NCBI GenBank assembly: GCA_002346475.1
Contig: DDZV01000044.1
Location: forward strand, 4,295-68,294
DNA length: 64,000 bases
Origin: Acidobacteria bacterium UBA2999
Lineage (GTDB): Bacteria > Acidobacteriota > Vicinamibacteria > Vicinamibacterales > UBA2999
Reading direction: 5' to 3'
The position numbers were made by a program, and so were the translations under genes. Shown piece after piece: positions 49,387 through 60,147 of the stretch. The notes below the pieces were generated by a model, which was given only the letters and a program-made list of their open reading frames with translations, did no database searches and had not been told where the DNA came from. Position 1 is the stretch's first letter; every line of letters begins with the position of its first letter.

Positions 49387-51098
49387 GACTCGGCTGGATA
49401 GCTTTCTGTGAGTGTCTTTGGTAGAAGGTTGACCAGTGCGGCATTAAGAATGTTTGGATCTCTAGTGGGAAGTTGGATCAATAGCGCACGGCGCTGACCT
49501 GCCTCGAGAGAAACAAAGTCGCCAATTGCTTGTGCTTGTTGAAGAATCCCAAATGAATATGATTCGTTTGGAATAGGCAAATCATTTTCTGGCTTGGCAG
49601 TAATGATAATAAAAAGTCCATTTCTTTTCCCACCTTTATGTAACTGGCCCGTCGAGTGAAGATACCTTGGGCCATAGCCTAGTGTTGTTGCGTGTCCAGA
49701 GATACTGGAGACAGTGGCGCAAAACTTTTTAAGAATTTCTTCGATTTTTATTTCTGACGTTGGGAGGTAGGCAAGTAGTCCTAAATAATCATCAGTTGTA
49801 AGTAGCTCTAGGAAGTGCCGAGGTTCCTTCTTTTTTAGTTGCTGGCGCGCACTATCACTGAGTAAAAATTTAGCATCTTTGGTGATAGCGTCTGGTTTTG
49901 TTAGGGGAAGTTGCCCAGAGGCACTATAAATATCTAATAGTTTTTTTGTTGTTTTTTTTGATTGCTGAACATTGGGTTCATTGAAGGGGTTTACACCAAG
50001 AAGGAACCCTGCTGTTGCAGTAGCCATTTCCCAGCGAAAGAATTCGCCCCCCAGAGAGTTTGTATTCGGCATTTGTATCTTTAGAATTGGGCAGGAAGTA
50101 GCTTTGAGTCTTGCAACAATCTCTGGATCTGTTTCTTTGTCTGAGAGGTCAATGACCACTGCAGATCTGTCTGTCCCGTAATGTGGAAGCAGTGAGTCGC
50201 TTGTAATCGGCACTATCCCCATATCTTGTTTGCCAGTGCTTTCAGCGATTAGTTGTTCTATCCAAAGACTAAGCGAAGCTAGTCTCTTTGGAAGAATGAG
50301 TGTTAACTTATCTCGTCCAGCCTTGGCAGCAACAGCTATGAATACTCCAAGTGTAAGACCTGGATTGTGTTGTAGTTTTTCATTTCTACACGCAGTAGCC
50401 ATAAGATCTGCCTGATTGAGTATTGTTTCAAGTGGCATTCCTAACAATCCCGCTGGGACGAGTCCAAAGAATGATAAAGCTGAGTACCGACCACCAACAT
50501 CAGACGGATTGATAAAAATTTCTCGAAAATGTTGATCTACTGCGTACCGATGGAGGTCTGTATTCTCGTCTGTTATGGCGATAAATCTAGATCCAAGGTC
50601 TGTGCAACTTTCTGCTTCGAGACGGTGACGCACTTCCTTAGCGATTAAAGTTGTTTCAATCGTTGTTCCAGACTTACTTGAGATGATAAATAGTGATGTA
50701 GAAGTTTTTTCAAGAGCTCTGCGGATTTCAACTGGATCAACAGAATCCAGCATGAGAAATTTTGGAGCGTGCTTTGATCGGCCTATTGTCCGATGCATTA
50801 CTTCTGCAGCAAGGCTTGAACCACCCATGCCAAGAAGTACGATATCTGAGAAATCTTTGGTCTGGACTTCTTTGGCGAGTTGTTCAATTTTTTGAACTTG
50901 TGGTTTTATCCAGTCAATAATAGAGAGCCATCCAAGACGACTACTAATTTGGGTTTTAATATCAGAGTTCTTACTCCAATCCTCAACACGTCTCGACCAG
51001 AGCGCGTCCACAAAACGAATTTGTTCTAGCATGGCAAATGCGCTATGAACATCTTGCTCAAGCTTTCCCGGGTCAACAGAGCACAAGGAGGAAGTCAC
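49383..51098 (-). CDS. pgi: glucose-6-phosphate isomerase (long bacterial form)
   Basis: SIS-domain blocks LLGMGGSSL, SKSGTTIET and GGRYSALS. Confidence 0.75.
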   Translation of the reverse strand: MTSSLCSVDPGKLEQDVHSAFAMLEQIRFVDALWSRRVEDWSKNSDIKTQISSRLGWLSIIDWIKPQVQKIEQLAKEVQTKDFSDIVLLGMGGSSLAAEVMHRTIGRSKHAPKFLMLDSVDPVEIRRALEKTSTSLFIISSKSGTTIETTLIAKEVRHRLEAESCTDLGSRFIAITDENTDLHRYAVDQHFREIFINPSDVGGRYSALSFFGLVPAGLLGMPLETILNQADLMATACRNEKLQHNPGLTLGVFIAVAAKAGRDKLTLILPKRLASLSLWIEQLIAESTGKQDMGIVPITSDSLLPHYGTDRSAVVIDLSDKETDPEIVARLKATSCPILKIQMPNTNSLGGEFFRWEMATATAGFLLGVNPFNEPNVQQSKKTTKKLLDIYSASGQLPLTKPDAITKDAKFLLSDSARQQLKKKEPRHFLELLTTDDYLGLLAYLPTSEIKIEEILKKFCATVSSISGHATTLGYGPRYLHSTGQLHKGGKRNGLFIIITAKPENDLPIPNESYSFGILQQAQAIGDFVSLEAGQRRALLIQLPTRDPNILNAALVNLLPKTLTESYPAES

Positions 51099-51133
51099 AA
51101 TTTACTAGGAAGGGTATGAATGACGGTTAACGT

Positions 51134-51871
51134 ATGTCAAACATGAAAAACTATAACATAATAAAAATCATGCGTTGCTTGTGGGGGGGCTTACTCGTAG
51201 TCTTTTTGGCGTCGTGTTCAAATAGTCAGTTTGATGACAATAAGACACAGCCTGGAAAGACTGTTTTTGAAGGGGTTAATACTGAAGAGCCTGTTATAGC
51301 AATTCAGCAAGAGCGTCCAAGAATTGTTATCCTCGGAGACAGTTTAACTTATGGTTATGGCCTTGACCGTTCAGAATCATATCCGTTTTTACTTCAGGAG
51401 CGACTTGATCAATCCGGCAATAATTACGAAGTAGTGAATGCAGGTATTTCTGGAGACACTTCGGCCGGAGGTCTTCGAAGACTTAACTGGGTTCTTGAAG
51501 GCGATGTCCGTGTTCTTATTATTGAACTTGGTGCGAATGATGGGTTGCGGGGGCTTCCAGTAGAAGCACTTCGTCATAACTTAAGTGAAATTATTGAACG
51601 GGCTCAGGAAAAGGGAATAGTTGCAGTGTTAACAGGAATGGAGGCACCACCAAACTATGGGTCTGTATACACGCAAGAGTTTAGAGAGGTTTACCAAGAA
51701 TTAGCCCGTACATACAAAGTTCACTTTGTGCCATTTCTTCTAGAAGGCGTTGCAGGGAATCCAGACCTAAATCTTGCTGATGGGATTCATCCCAATACTG
51801 CTGGAGCACGCATTGTCGAAGAGACGCTGTGGAATACGTTGAAGCCACTTTTGGATGAGCTCTCACAATGA
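51134..51871 (+). CDS. SGNH/GDSL arylesterase-lysophospholipase (TesA-like) lipoprotein
   Basis: Lipobox FLASC, GDSL block ILGDSLTYGYG, GANDGL, and DGIHPN. Confidence 0.85.
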   Translation: MSNMKNYNIIKIMRCLWGGLLVVFLASCSNSQFDDNKTQPGKTVFEGVNTEEPVIAIQQERPRIVILGDSLTYGYGLDRSESYPFLLQERLDQSGNNYEVVNAGISGDTSAGGLRRLNWVLEGDVRVLIIELGANDGLRGLPVEALRHNLSEIIERAQEKGIVAVLTGMEAPPNYGSVYTQEFREVYQELARTYKVHFVPFLLEGVAGNPDLNLADGIHPNTAGARIVEETLWNTLKPLLDELSQ

Positions 51872-52542
51872 TTGAGTTTAGGGCTGTTTCTAAGATTGTA
51901 AGTAGTGGCGGGAGACCTCTTACGATTCTTGACTCGCTTAATTTAGTTGTACCTTCGGGGCAGTCTTTAGCTGTTGTCGGACCTTCGGGAAGCGGAAAGT
52001 CCACTTTGTTAGGACTTTTAGCAGGCCTTGATATACCCACCACAGGAGAAATTCTTATCAATGGTGAGGATATTACAAAGCTTAGTGAAGACGATCTGGC
52101 AAGACTTCGAAGTAGCACAATTGGTTTCGTGTTTCAGTTCTTTCACTTAGTACCATCTTTAACTGCAATTGAAAATATTTTAGTCCCTATGGAAATAGCT
52201 AATTTTAGCAATGTTGCTGATCGCGCACATTCTTTGCTCAATCAAGTAGGGCTTACTGGTCGTGCGGCTCACTATCCATCACAGTTGTCAGGAGGGGAGC
52301 AGCAGCGAATTGCAATTGCACGGGCGTTAGCAAATTCACCTTCAATTGTGTTAGCTGATGAACCAACAGGAAATTTAGACTCTGCAACAGGTCGTTACAT
52401 CATGGATCTGCTTTTTGAGTTTCATCGTGCACATGAAACAACATTAGTTTTAGTAACACACGATGACGATCTTGCTTCGCGTGCCGATATCAAATTGTTG
52501 CTTCGAGACGGGAAGTCTGTTGAGGAGACTAAGAGAAAATGA
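51868..52542 (+). CDS. ABC transporter ATP-binding protein (YbbA/LolD-like)
   Basis: GPSGSGKST, LSGGEQQRIAIARAL, LADEPTGNLD. Confidence 0.9.
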   Translation: MIEFRAVSKIVSSGGRPLTILDSLNLVVPSGQSLAVVGPSGSGKSTLLGLLAGLDIPTTGEILINGEDITKLSEDDLARLRSSTIGFVFQFFHLVPSLTAIENILVPMEIANFSNVADRAHSLLNQVGLTGRAAHYPSQLSGGEQQRIAIARALANSPSIVLADEPTGNLDSATGRYIMDLLFEFHRAHETTLVLVTHDDDLASRADIKLLLRDGKSVEETKRK

Positions 52543-55073
52543 TGTTTGTTGTACTGATGGCGATTAGGGAGTTGAGGTCTTCCTGGCGTCGATTGGTAAT
52601 TTTCTTTGCTTGTATCTCCATAGGCGTTGGTTCCATTGTTACGCTTCGCTCGGTTATCCAAAGTGTGAGACATGGACTTGCTAACGAGTCTCGAACGATG
52701 TTAAGCGCAGATTTAGTTATTTCAAGCAATGATCCATTTACAGAAGATGTGCTTAAGCGTGTTGCTCTTGAGGAGAATAACGGACGTATTAGCCAAAAAA
52801 TAGAAACTATTGAATTGCCAACAATGGTCAGGCCTGCTGATAAGAATCGTGATATTGCCCGTATGGTTGAGCTTCGTGCTGTGCCGCCGAAATTTCCACT
52901 TTATGGTTCTGTTGAGCTTAAGGATAGTTCGTATCTGCACTCAAGCATGAGAGATCGTGGCGTACTTGTTAAGCCAGAACTGCTAGCACAGTTAAATATG
53001 GATATTGGTGAACCCCTTCTAATTGGGAACGAGACTTTTACAATTCGAGCTGTCATTTCTTCAGAGCCAGGTCGAGACATGGGGGCATTTAGTCTTGGTT
53101 CACGCGTGATGATTGACGTCGAAGATTTGTCAGCAACAGGGCTCCTATCATTTGGTAGTCGTGTGTCGTACCAATTATTACTTCAGGTTCCAGAACCGCT
53201 GGCAGATGAATTATTAGTAGATCTTCAGGAAGCTTTCGCTAATGAATTTGTAAGGATTAGATCTTATCGTCGTGCTGACAATCGTATTGGAGAGAATTTT
53301 CAGCAGGCCGAGAATTACTTAAGCCTGACTGGGCTTGTTATTTTGATTCTTGGAGGCATTGGAGTTTCTAGCGTAACGCGTGTTTTCATTCAGCAGAAAA
53401 TTAAGAGTGTTGCAATTTTAAAGTGTGTTGGCGCTACCACCAGTCAAATATTGAGAGTGTACGTAGCACAGATTTTATTTCTTGGAATAGCTGGAAGCTT
53501 TCTTGGAGTCATTCTTGCTGGTCTTATTGTTGAGATGATTCCTTTGCTTGTTGGAGAGGTTTCACAATTTATTGAAATTGACTACGGGCTGACGTTGTCA
53601 GCTGTTTTACAGGGTGTCAGTGTAGGGCTGGTTGTTTCGTTACTTTTTGCTCTCGTGCCTCTGTTGGCACTTCGACAGATTAAGCCCTCAGTGCTACTTC
53701 GACAGGAAGCGTTAGCAAAAAACCGTATCGATTTGGTGCGATTAGTCGCAACTGTTGCTGCAGCTTCTATGTTATTGATTGTGGTTGCTTGGCAAGCGGG
53801 ATCTTTTCAAGTCGCATTGATCCTGATAAGTGGGTTTCTTGTGGTTGCGGGGTTGCTTTATACCGCAGGGGTAATTCTTGTTCGTGCGGTACAACCCTTT
53901 CGTCATACTAGGTCATTCGCACTTCGACATGCTGTGAGGCATATTTCCCGTTCTGGAAGTCAGACAGGCGTAGTGCTTTTAGCAGTAGGTCTCGGTGTGT
54001 TTTTTATTCTTGGTGTTCGGAGTTTGCAGGAAAACTTAGTTGAAAATTTTTCTATGCAGATTGAGGAAGGTGCTCCGGACATGTTTTTACTCGACGTACA
54101 ACAAGACCAGCGTGAGGCGTTAGCTCAATTTATTTCTTATTTTAATGGCAATGATTCTTCTCTAACCTTAGTGCCGGTTCTTCGTGCACGTGTTGTTGCT
54201 GTGCGTGGTCAAGAGGTTAATCTTGATAGTTTTGAGGATGTGAGAGGGCGAGGGTCGCTTTCAAGGGAGTATACAGTTACCTATCGGAGCACTCTTGAGG
54301 CGAACGAGGAAGTTTCAGAGGGCACATGGTGGGATTCCACACCTGCCGAAGCAGTAGAAGTATCTATTGAAGAGAGTCTACAGGAACGCTTTGGCATTCA
54401 ACCAGGCGATCAGATGACGTTTAACATTCTTGGGCGTGATGTTACAGCTCTAGTTTCAAATATCCGTAAAGTAAATTGGGGAGATTTCAGAACTGGTGGA
54501 TTTATGTTTGTTTTTCGGCCAGGGCCATTTGAAGAGCTCCCGCACACGTATATTTCAATTGCGCATGGTCCAGGGGACGTAGAAGCACGTGCAGAATTAG
54601 TGTCAGGTTTAGCTAGACAGTTTTCAAATGTTTCAGTTATTGACTTGCGTGAGGTGCTCATTACCGTTCGCAATGTTGTTGAGAGTGTCACTATTGGCGT
54701 GACGACTGTAGGCCTGGTAGTCCTGCTCAGCGGGGTCCTGATTCTTGTAGGAACTGTGTCTATGACAAAATTTCAACGGATATACGAGTCTGCGATCTTA
54801 AAGACTCTTGGAGGAAGGGCTAAGCTTGTAGCTACCATCTTGTTACTTGAGTATGGAGTAGTTGGTGTAATTGCTGGTGCGATCGGCGCGATTGGTGCGA
54901 TGGGATTTAGTTGGGCGGTCGCATACTTTGTTTTTGAAATGTCCTGGATCTCGAACCCAGCATTGTCAGTGGGTGGCATTGTTTTGACAGCGATTATTGT
55001 GTCTATTACTGGTGTGGTTGCCAGCGCAGATGTCTTAAGACACAAACCGTTGACAACTCTTAGGGCAGAGTAG
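52539..55073 (+). CDS. FtsX-like ABC permease with duplicated domain (YbbP-like)
   Basis: 844 aa comprising two FtsX-type 4-TM modules separated by large loops; ATGA overlap with the ATPase. Confidence 0.85.
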   Translation: MMFVVLMAIRELRSSWRRLVIFFACISIGVGSIVTLRSVIQSVRHGLANESRTMLSADLVISSNDPFTEDVLKRVALEENNGRISQKIETIELPTMVRPADKNRDIARMVELRAVPPKFPLYGSVELKDSSYLHSSMRDRGVLVKPELLAQLNMDIGEPLLIGNETFTIRAVISSEPGRDMGAFSLGSRVMIDVEDLSATGLLSFGSRVSYQLLLQVPEPLADELLVDLQEAFANEFVRIRSYRRADNRIGENFQQAENYLSLTGLVILILGGIGVSSVTRVFIQQKIKSVAILKCVGATTSQILRVYVAQILFLGIAGSFLGVILAGLIVEMIPLLVGEVSQFIEIDYGLTLSAVLQGVSVGLVVSLLFALVPLLALRQIKPSVLLRQEALAKNRIDLVRLVATVAAASMLLIVVAWQAGSFQVALILISGFLVVAGLLYTAGVILVRAVQPFRHTRSFALRHAVRHISRSGSQTGVVLLAVGLGVFFILGVRSLQENLVENFSMQIEEGAPDMFLLDVQQDQREALAQFISYFNGNDSSLTLVPVLRARVVAVRGQEVNLDSFEDVRGRGSLSREYTVTYRSTLEANEEVSEGTWWDSTPAEAVEVSIEESLQERFGIQPGDQMTFNILGRDVTALVSNIRKVNWGDFRTGGFMFVFRPGPFEELPHTYISIAHGPGDVEARAELVSGLARQFSNVSVIDLREVLITVRNVVESVTIGVTTVGLVVLLSGVLILVGTVSMTKFQRIYESAILKTLGGRAKLVATILLLEYGVVGVIAGAIGAIGAMGFSWAVAYFVFEMSWISNPALSVGGIVLTAIIVSITGVVASADVLRHKPLTTLRAE

Positions 55074-55180
55074 ATCACGTAAAACTGCTAAGGAAATTTT
55101 AAGAAAACCCCCTGCCTTGCTCGTGATAGCATTAATAATTGTACTTCTTCTAATAGTTCTTTTATGTGGTGTCTGTATAG

Positions 55181-55516
55181 ATGAATTTTCAGATTTATCG
55201 TGATGAATTGTTACTTAAGAAAACAGAGCTAACTGCAGGTAGTTCTGCAAAGCCTATCCAATCGACTATCGAGAATAACTCTGGCCGACAAGGAGATATG
55301 GCTGATCAAGCGACGGGAAACAATGAAGTTCACATCCATCTTAAGCTAAAGCAGACTGATGCAAAAATTCTTCAAGCAATTGATGAAGCGCTTCGACGTA
55401 TTGAAGACGGAACATTTGGCATTTGTCAGGATTGCGGAGAAAAGGTCTCTAGCGCACGCTTAAGAGCCATCCCCTGGACGCGTTCTTGCATTGCATGTAA
55501 GGAAAAACAGGGTTAG
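55181..55516 (+). CDS. TraR/DksA-family C4 zinc-finger protein
   Basis: CQDCGEKVSSARLRAIPWTRSCIACK (CxxC-x17-CxxC) preceded by a coiled-coil-like region. Confidence 0.85.
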   Translation: MNFQIYRDELLLKKTELTAGSSAKPIQSTIENNSGRQGDMADQATGNNEVHIHLKLKQTDAKILQAIDEALRRIEDGTFGICQDCGEKVSSARLRAIPWTRSCIACKEKQG

Positions 55517-55540
55517 ATTAATTACTCATTAAATCTTACT

Positions 55541-55638
55541 AAGTGGTTGCACTTGTAGTTCCTTGTTGTCTTTTAGCACGTTAGGCATCAAGTGGTTGCA
55601 CTGAACTGTTAAGCTGGTCTTTTGTTGTGAATAGCTTC
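55541..55638. repeat. two tandem ~49-bp units, each AAGTGGTTGCACT-N14-GTCTTTT
   Basis: The 13-mer is identical at 55541-55553 and 55590-55602. GTCTTTT sits at the same +27 offset in both (55568, 55617). The 13-mer contains the palindrome AGTG-N4-CACT. Confidence 0.6.
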
Positions 55639-55676
55639 TGTACATGTGTCAATTTCACTAAGTAGTATTTTGTTCC

Positions 55677-56144
55677 ATGCCTTCTATTCCAGTAGCGGTT
55701 GCAATTGGTAGTAATCTTGGGAACCGAGAAAAGATTATGCATGAAGGCCTTTCTCGTCTTGAGGCAATTATCTCAAATATTCAGCTGTCTCCATTCATTG
55801 AAACTGTTCCGAGCGGTGTTGCTAGGCAGCCTTTATTTTTAAATGCTGCATTGACCGGGATGACTGAAGTAGCTGCACCCGTACTTCTCGAAACCTTGTT
55901 AAAGATAGAGGAGGCATGTGGTCGAGAGCGACCTTATTCTGGTGCACCTCGAACACTTGATCTGGATCTTATTTTGTATGGCCAGCTTATTATTAACGAG
56001 CCTAAGCTTACTGTTCCACATCCAAGATTCAGAAAAAGGTTTTTCGTGCTTGAGCCACTTGCTGAAATTGCTCCAGACTGGGTAGATCCAGTGACAGGTT
56101 TAACAATTAACGAACTTCGCTTAAAACTGCCCCCGTTGTCCTAG
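55677..56144 (+). CDS. folK: 2-amino-4-hydroxy-6-hydroxymethyldihydropteridine diphosphokinase
   Basis: IGSNLGN, RTLDLDLILYG, PHPRFRKRFFVLEPL. Confidence 0.9.
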   Translation: MPSIPVAVAIGSNLGNREKIMHEGLSRLEAIISNIQLSPFIETVPSGVARQPLFLNAALTGMTEVAAPVLLETLLKIEEACGRERPYSGAPRTLDLDLILYGQLIINEPKLTVPHPRFRKRFFVLEPLAEIAPDWVDPVTGLTINELRLKLPPLS

Positions 56145-56193
56145 CTTTTAAATTTTCCAGTTTGAGCTTCTGTTGAAATTTATCTGGAGATAT

Positions 56194-58803
56194 CTATACT
56201 GTGCCACTAGCGTAGATAGCATTAAATAACAATTTAAATGTAGCGTGCGATTGCCCACGGTGGTGAGTGTGGAAGCCTAGTAGAATGACACGTCCGACAC
56301 CAACGGCAGCATCAATTACAGCAGGATGGCCTTGCAAGTATTTTTCTCCACTAGCCCAACCACTGAGTAACAAATTTTGTTTTGGATAGCTGGCAACAAC
56401 AGCTAATGAAACTTGTTTGGCAAGAGGGTTTATTTTTATTTCATCTGGGTACATTAGTTTGAAGGCCGGGCTCTTGTTAAAAAAGGCGGCTGTTTGTGCT
56501 TGCACACCCCAGCCAAGTGGATGCCTGTTATTAACTGAGACTCGGAGCAAAGTTCCAGGCACATTAAATTGCTTTATCGAAAGTGTGGTAGCAATATTTC
56601 GTACTGGCAGGTCAAAGGCATGAATTGCAAGAGTGCTTGCATTGCCTTGTGCAATGAGAGTGCCCCCGTTAGTAACGAATTTCTTGATTTGTTCAACTCC
56701 TACTGAAGTCATACCGCCCACATATTTTGAGGGCATAGTTCCAGGGGAAAATCCGTGCACAATTTCGTTGTAAGTTGCATCTGGGAGAATTAATACATCG
56801 AACTCACCACGGAGTTTTCCAGAACGGATTCTTTGGTCTCGTAGTTGAGTGTAAGGAAATTCGTATTGTTCAAGTAGCCAGCGAGTCCAACCTTCGTTGC
56901 TGGTTTCTCCCCAAGGGCTGTAGACACCTACTCTTGGAAGAGCGAGAGAGGCTAATGCAATATTTGATGTTTGCTTGAGGCCATGAATACGAAGACCGAG
57001 TTCTTTTGCTAAAGAATCTATTTTTTCGTGAGTTTCATGTGTGTTAACTACAATGAATGTGCCAGCTGGCCAAGTCTTACCGTTTGCTTCGAACTTTTTG
57101 AGCGACCGGAATATTACCTCTTTCATTAGAAGTAGTCTGTTCATAGCAATGAAAGAATTATTAGTCCTGGGATCGATAGCGTAAGCTTTACGTCCCGTTC
57201 CAAGGATACGTCCGTGCAGGCTGTCAGAGTTTACGACTGGTTCTGTTTTTAAGTTGAGACGTTGAAGGAATTTATCAACCCTGACTCCCATTTTAAGATT
57301 AAGCGTCCAGCCACTCACGTCATAGGGACTCTGAGTTTTTAGGACTGCGGGCTGTGATTTTTTTGGATAGCTTTGAGGATTCAAAAGGTCTCGAATATAT
57401 GGGAGGAAAGGTTGGGATCCTTTGATTACAAATGACCCGGCTTGATAGTTTTTGTTGTTAACTCTGAAGGGTTCTGTCGCACGTTCAATTTCTACTCCTC
57501 CAGTTTGAAGTGTCCGAACCATATGAACAGCAGCGCCAGAGTCCCATTGTTTGACAGGAATCACATAAGTTTCTTTAGCTCCCATCTCCATGGAGGTTTT
57601 TGCCATTCGGTAGATGTTATAGAGCCAAGATTCCTTTTTTTTTGAACCGATATCTAAAACAGCTATCGATGCACTAACCATGTAGTCGCAGGAATCTCTC
57701 ATTGTCCAGGCCCCGCCTTTGTAAGGGAGAGGGTAGTCTGAACTTGGTACGAGTGTTGGTTTACCGTTATGGAAATATTTTGGGAAAGTTATCGGATTGT
57801 GATTCGTGGGTGTAGCTGAGGCATGGGCAGTTTCCGTCAAAATTCCGATCATGTTGTGAAAATACGGTGCCGTTCGCATACCTCCATTCCACCAGGTATT
57901 AAAGTTAATACGGGAGATAGCGCCAGACTTTTTCTCGTGCGCCAGACGATGCTGAATAGCTTGACCAATCTTATCAACACCTTCAATAACGAGTCTTGGA
58001 ATGTGGCTGTTTGAAGGTTCAGCAAAGGGAGGAATGAAAATTCTAGCTGGGAACGGTGGTGCCTGGTGGTGATCATAGACAATTTGGGGTAAAAATTCTT
58101 TATAGAGTTGTCTAGCGATATTACGTGTTTCAAGCTGCGTAAACATGAACCAATCACGGTTGTTGTCATGCCCCGCGTACCGTTGGTACGGCCAGGGCAG
58201 TCTCGTTTCCCATGGAGTTCCCATATTAGAGTTGTACCAGTTAGCAACCATGGTTGTTCCATCTGGGTTCATATCTGGGACAAGCACAAAGATTACGTCT
58301 TCACGGATTCTTTTGACTTCCAGGCTTTCACTGGCCGAGATTTTCCAAGCCAGCCATGGTGTGGATTGAACGTTAGCAACTTCTGTTGAGTGCAATCCAA
58401 AATTTATCCAGACGATTGCTTTTCCTTTGCGAGCAAGGTTCCGCGCTTCTTCCTTGCTGAGGGGATTGCCAGAGGCGTTTCTGTTGAGGGCAAGGGATCG
58501 AGAGATATTTTTGTAGTACTCCAGTTGATTGAGGTTTTGTTCAGATGAAATCACAGCTAAGAACTGGGTGCGTCCCTCAGTTGTTCTGCCTATGTCAAAG
58601 AGTTTGACTCGGCCTGTCGAAGCAGACAAGCTTTGAAAGTAGTCAGCAATTTTCTCGTAAGTTGCCAATGAGTAATCAGTGCATGGCGGGAAGCCTAAAA
58701 TATTTTCTGGAAGAGGAATCTTGTTGGTGGTGACAGGGGAGGCTACGCCGATGCCAAGCGTCACACATCCTAATACCGTTAACGCGCGAATCCAATTTGA
58801 CAT
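56194..58803 (-). CDS. large M14-family zinc carboxypeptidase lipoprotein with extra C-terminal domains
   Basis: Lipobox TVLGC, Zn/catalytic blocks GLHSTE, NPDG and HDNNRDW, and about 450 extra C-terminal residues. Confidence 0.75.
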   Translation of the reverse strand: MSNWIRALTVLGCVTLGIGVASPVTTNKIPLPENILGFPPCTDYSLATYEKIADYFQSLSASTGRVKLFDIGRTTEGRTQFLAVISSEQNLNQLEYYKNISRSLALNRNASGNPLSKEEARNLARKGKAIVWINFGLHSTEVANVQSTPWLAWKISASESLEVKRIREDVIFVLVPDMNPDGTTMVANWYNSNMGTPWETRLPWPYQRYAGHDNNRDWFMFTQLETRNIARQLYKEFLPQIVYDHHQAPPFPARIFIPPFAEPSNSHIPRLVIEGVDKIGQAIQHRLAHEKKSGAISRINFNTWWNGGMRTAPYFHNMIGILTETAHASATPTNHNPITFPKYFHNGKPTLVPSSDYPLPYKGGAWTMRDSCDYMVSASIAVLDIGSKKKESWLYNIYRMAKTSMEMGAKETYVIPVKQWDSGAAVHMVRTLQTGGVEIERATEPFRVNNKNYQAGSFVIKGSQPFLPYIRDLLNPQSYPKKSQPAVLKTQSPYDVSGWTLNLKMGVRVDKFLQRLNLKTEPVVNSDSLHGRILGTGRKAYAIDPRTNNSFIAMNRLLLMKEVIFRSLKKFEANGKTWPAGTFIVVNTHETHEKIDSLAKELGLRIHGLKQTSNIALASLALPRVGVYSPWGETSNEGWTRWLLEQYEFPYTQLRDQRIRSGKLRGEFDVLILPDATYNEIVHGFSPGTMPSKYVGGMTSVGVEQIKKFVTNGGTLIAQGNASTLAIHAFDLPVRNIATTLSIKQFNVPGTLLRVSVNNRHPLGWGVQAQTAAFFNKSPAFKLMYPDEIKINPLAKQVSLAVVASYPKQNLLLSGWASGEKYLQGHPAVIDAAVGVGRVILLGFHTHHRGQSHATFKLLFNAIYASGTV

Positions 58804-58812
58804 GAAGTTATG

Positions 58813-59997
58813 CTAGGCGGTCTTATTTGCCAAATGGGATAGTTGGTTTAATGTAGCCTCTAGAAGATTGTCTGGTGTTGATGCTCCAGAGGTAAGTCCG
58901 ATTTGCACTTTACCTGCTTGTGGCAACCAAGCGTGACTGGTTATTTCCTCTTTACTTCCTACCGGTTTGTGTTTAATTGCATCTGTTGAGACGAGGCAAG
59001 ATGGTTCGGCTATATGGTATGTGTTGATTTTACTCGTACAGATTCGAGCCAGATTGCAAGTATTACTGCTGTTATATCCTCCGATTACGATCATTAAGTT
59101 GAGATGAGTTTTATCGAGTAGATGAGTCACTGCATCTTGCCGATCTTGTGTAGCGCTACATATAGTGTCGAAGGCAAGAAACTGCGAGTTAAGGGACGCT
59201 TTCCCATAGCGTGTTGCGATGGCTTCTCGAAACATTTCTCCGATCTTGAGAGATTCTGAGCTAAGCATTGTTGTTTGATTTGCACAACCTATACGGACAA
59301 GATCTCGCTTTGGATCAAAGCCTGGTGAGATTGCCTTGGAAAACCTCTTGAGAAATTTCCTTGTCTCCCCGCCAGAACGGATGTAGTCACACACAATAGC
59401 TGCTTCATTTTGATCAAGGACAATGAGGTAGTGTCCAGAACTCGTTTTGAGAGCCTGAGAAGCGGTTGCCTGGGTTTCTTCATGCCAGTACTTCCCGTGG
59501 ATTACAGAGGTGTAGCCTTCTTCCGTATAGCGTTTTACATTTTTCCATACATTGAGGACAGAACCGCAGGTGGTGTCCACTAACGTACAGCCTTGGTTTC
59601 CCAAGAGTTCGAGTGTGCGAATTGTTACCCCAAAAGCAGGAATAATAACAACGTCACTTGGAGTGAGAGCATTGATGCTTTCGTCTTGATCACTAAGAAA
59701 TCGGATCCCATGGCTACGAAGCTGCTCGTTTACGTGCGGATTATGAATAATTTCACCTGTCAAAAAAATTTGACGGTCAGGAAAGCGCTTATGGGCTTGG
59801 TAGGCATAGTCAACGGCGCGATCGACTCCGTAGCAGAAGCCAAATTCTTCTGCTAAATGTACAGTGAGCCTGCCTTCAGTAAATTGAAAATTGTTTTCCT
59901 TAATTTTAGAAACTAGAGGGCTGTTATAGCTCTGGGCGAGAATTTCTGAAACTTCATGCTTGAGTTCGAGGCCTTTTCGAAAGATAAGGGGGGGCAC
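58813..59997 (-). CDS. ispH: 4-hydroxy-3-methylbut-2-enyl diphosphate reductase (long, cyanobacterial/plant-like form)
   Basis: FGFCYGVDRAV, IHNPHVN, the TCGSV cluster Cys, GGYNSSNT, and an N-terminal extension of about 50 aa. Confidence 0.9.
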   Translation of the reverse strand: MPPLIFRKGLELKHEVSEILAQSYNSPLVSKIKENNFQFTEGRLTVHLAEEFGFCYGVDRAVDYAYQAHKRFPDRQIFLTGEIIHNPHVNEQLRSHGIRFLSDQDESINALTPSDVVIIPAFGVTIRTLELLGNQGCTLVDTTCGSVLNVWKNVKRYTEEGYTSVIHGKYWHEETQATASQALKTSSGHYLIVLDQNEAAIVCDYIRSGGETRKFLKRFSKAISPGFDPKRDLVRIGCANQTTMLSSESLKIGEMFREAIATRYGKASLNSQFLAFDTICSATQDRQDAVTHLLDKTHLNLMIVIGGYNSSNTCNLARICTSKINTYHIAEPSCLVSTDAIKHKPVGSKEEITSHAWLPQAGKVQIGLTSGASTPDNLLEATLNQLSHLANKTA

Positions 59998-60147
59998 CTT
60001 TTCATTATAGTTTCATGAAGCTAATTACATGATGTCTTGTCTTTGACAATTGTGATCTTGGCTAAATTTTGAATTAGATAGGTAGTTAGCTTCTATTTTG
60101 AGTAGCTACTGCTGTATATTATTTAGTTGTTAATAAACGGAGCATAG

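Noticed and set aside
51134-55073. tesA-like esterase plus ybbA-like ATPase plus ybbP-like FtsX permease as a possible novel system
   Set aside because: The same three-gene association is a long-known conserved neighbourhood (E. coli tesA/ybbA/ybbP). It is still functionally obscure but not new.
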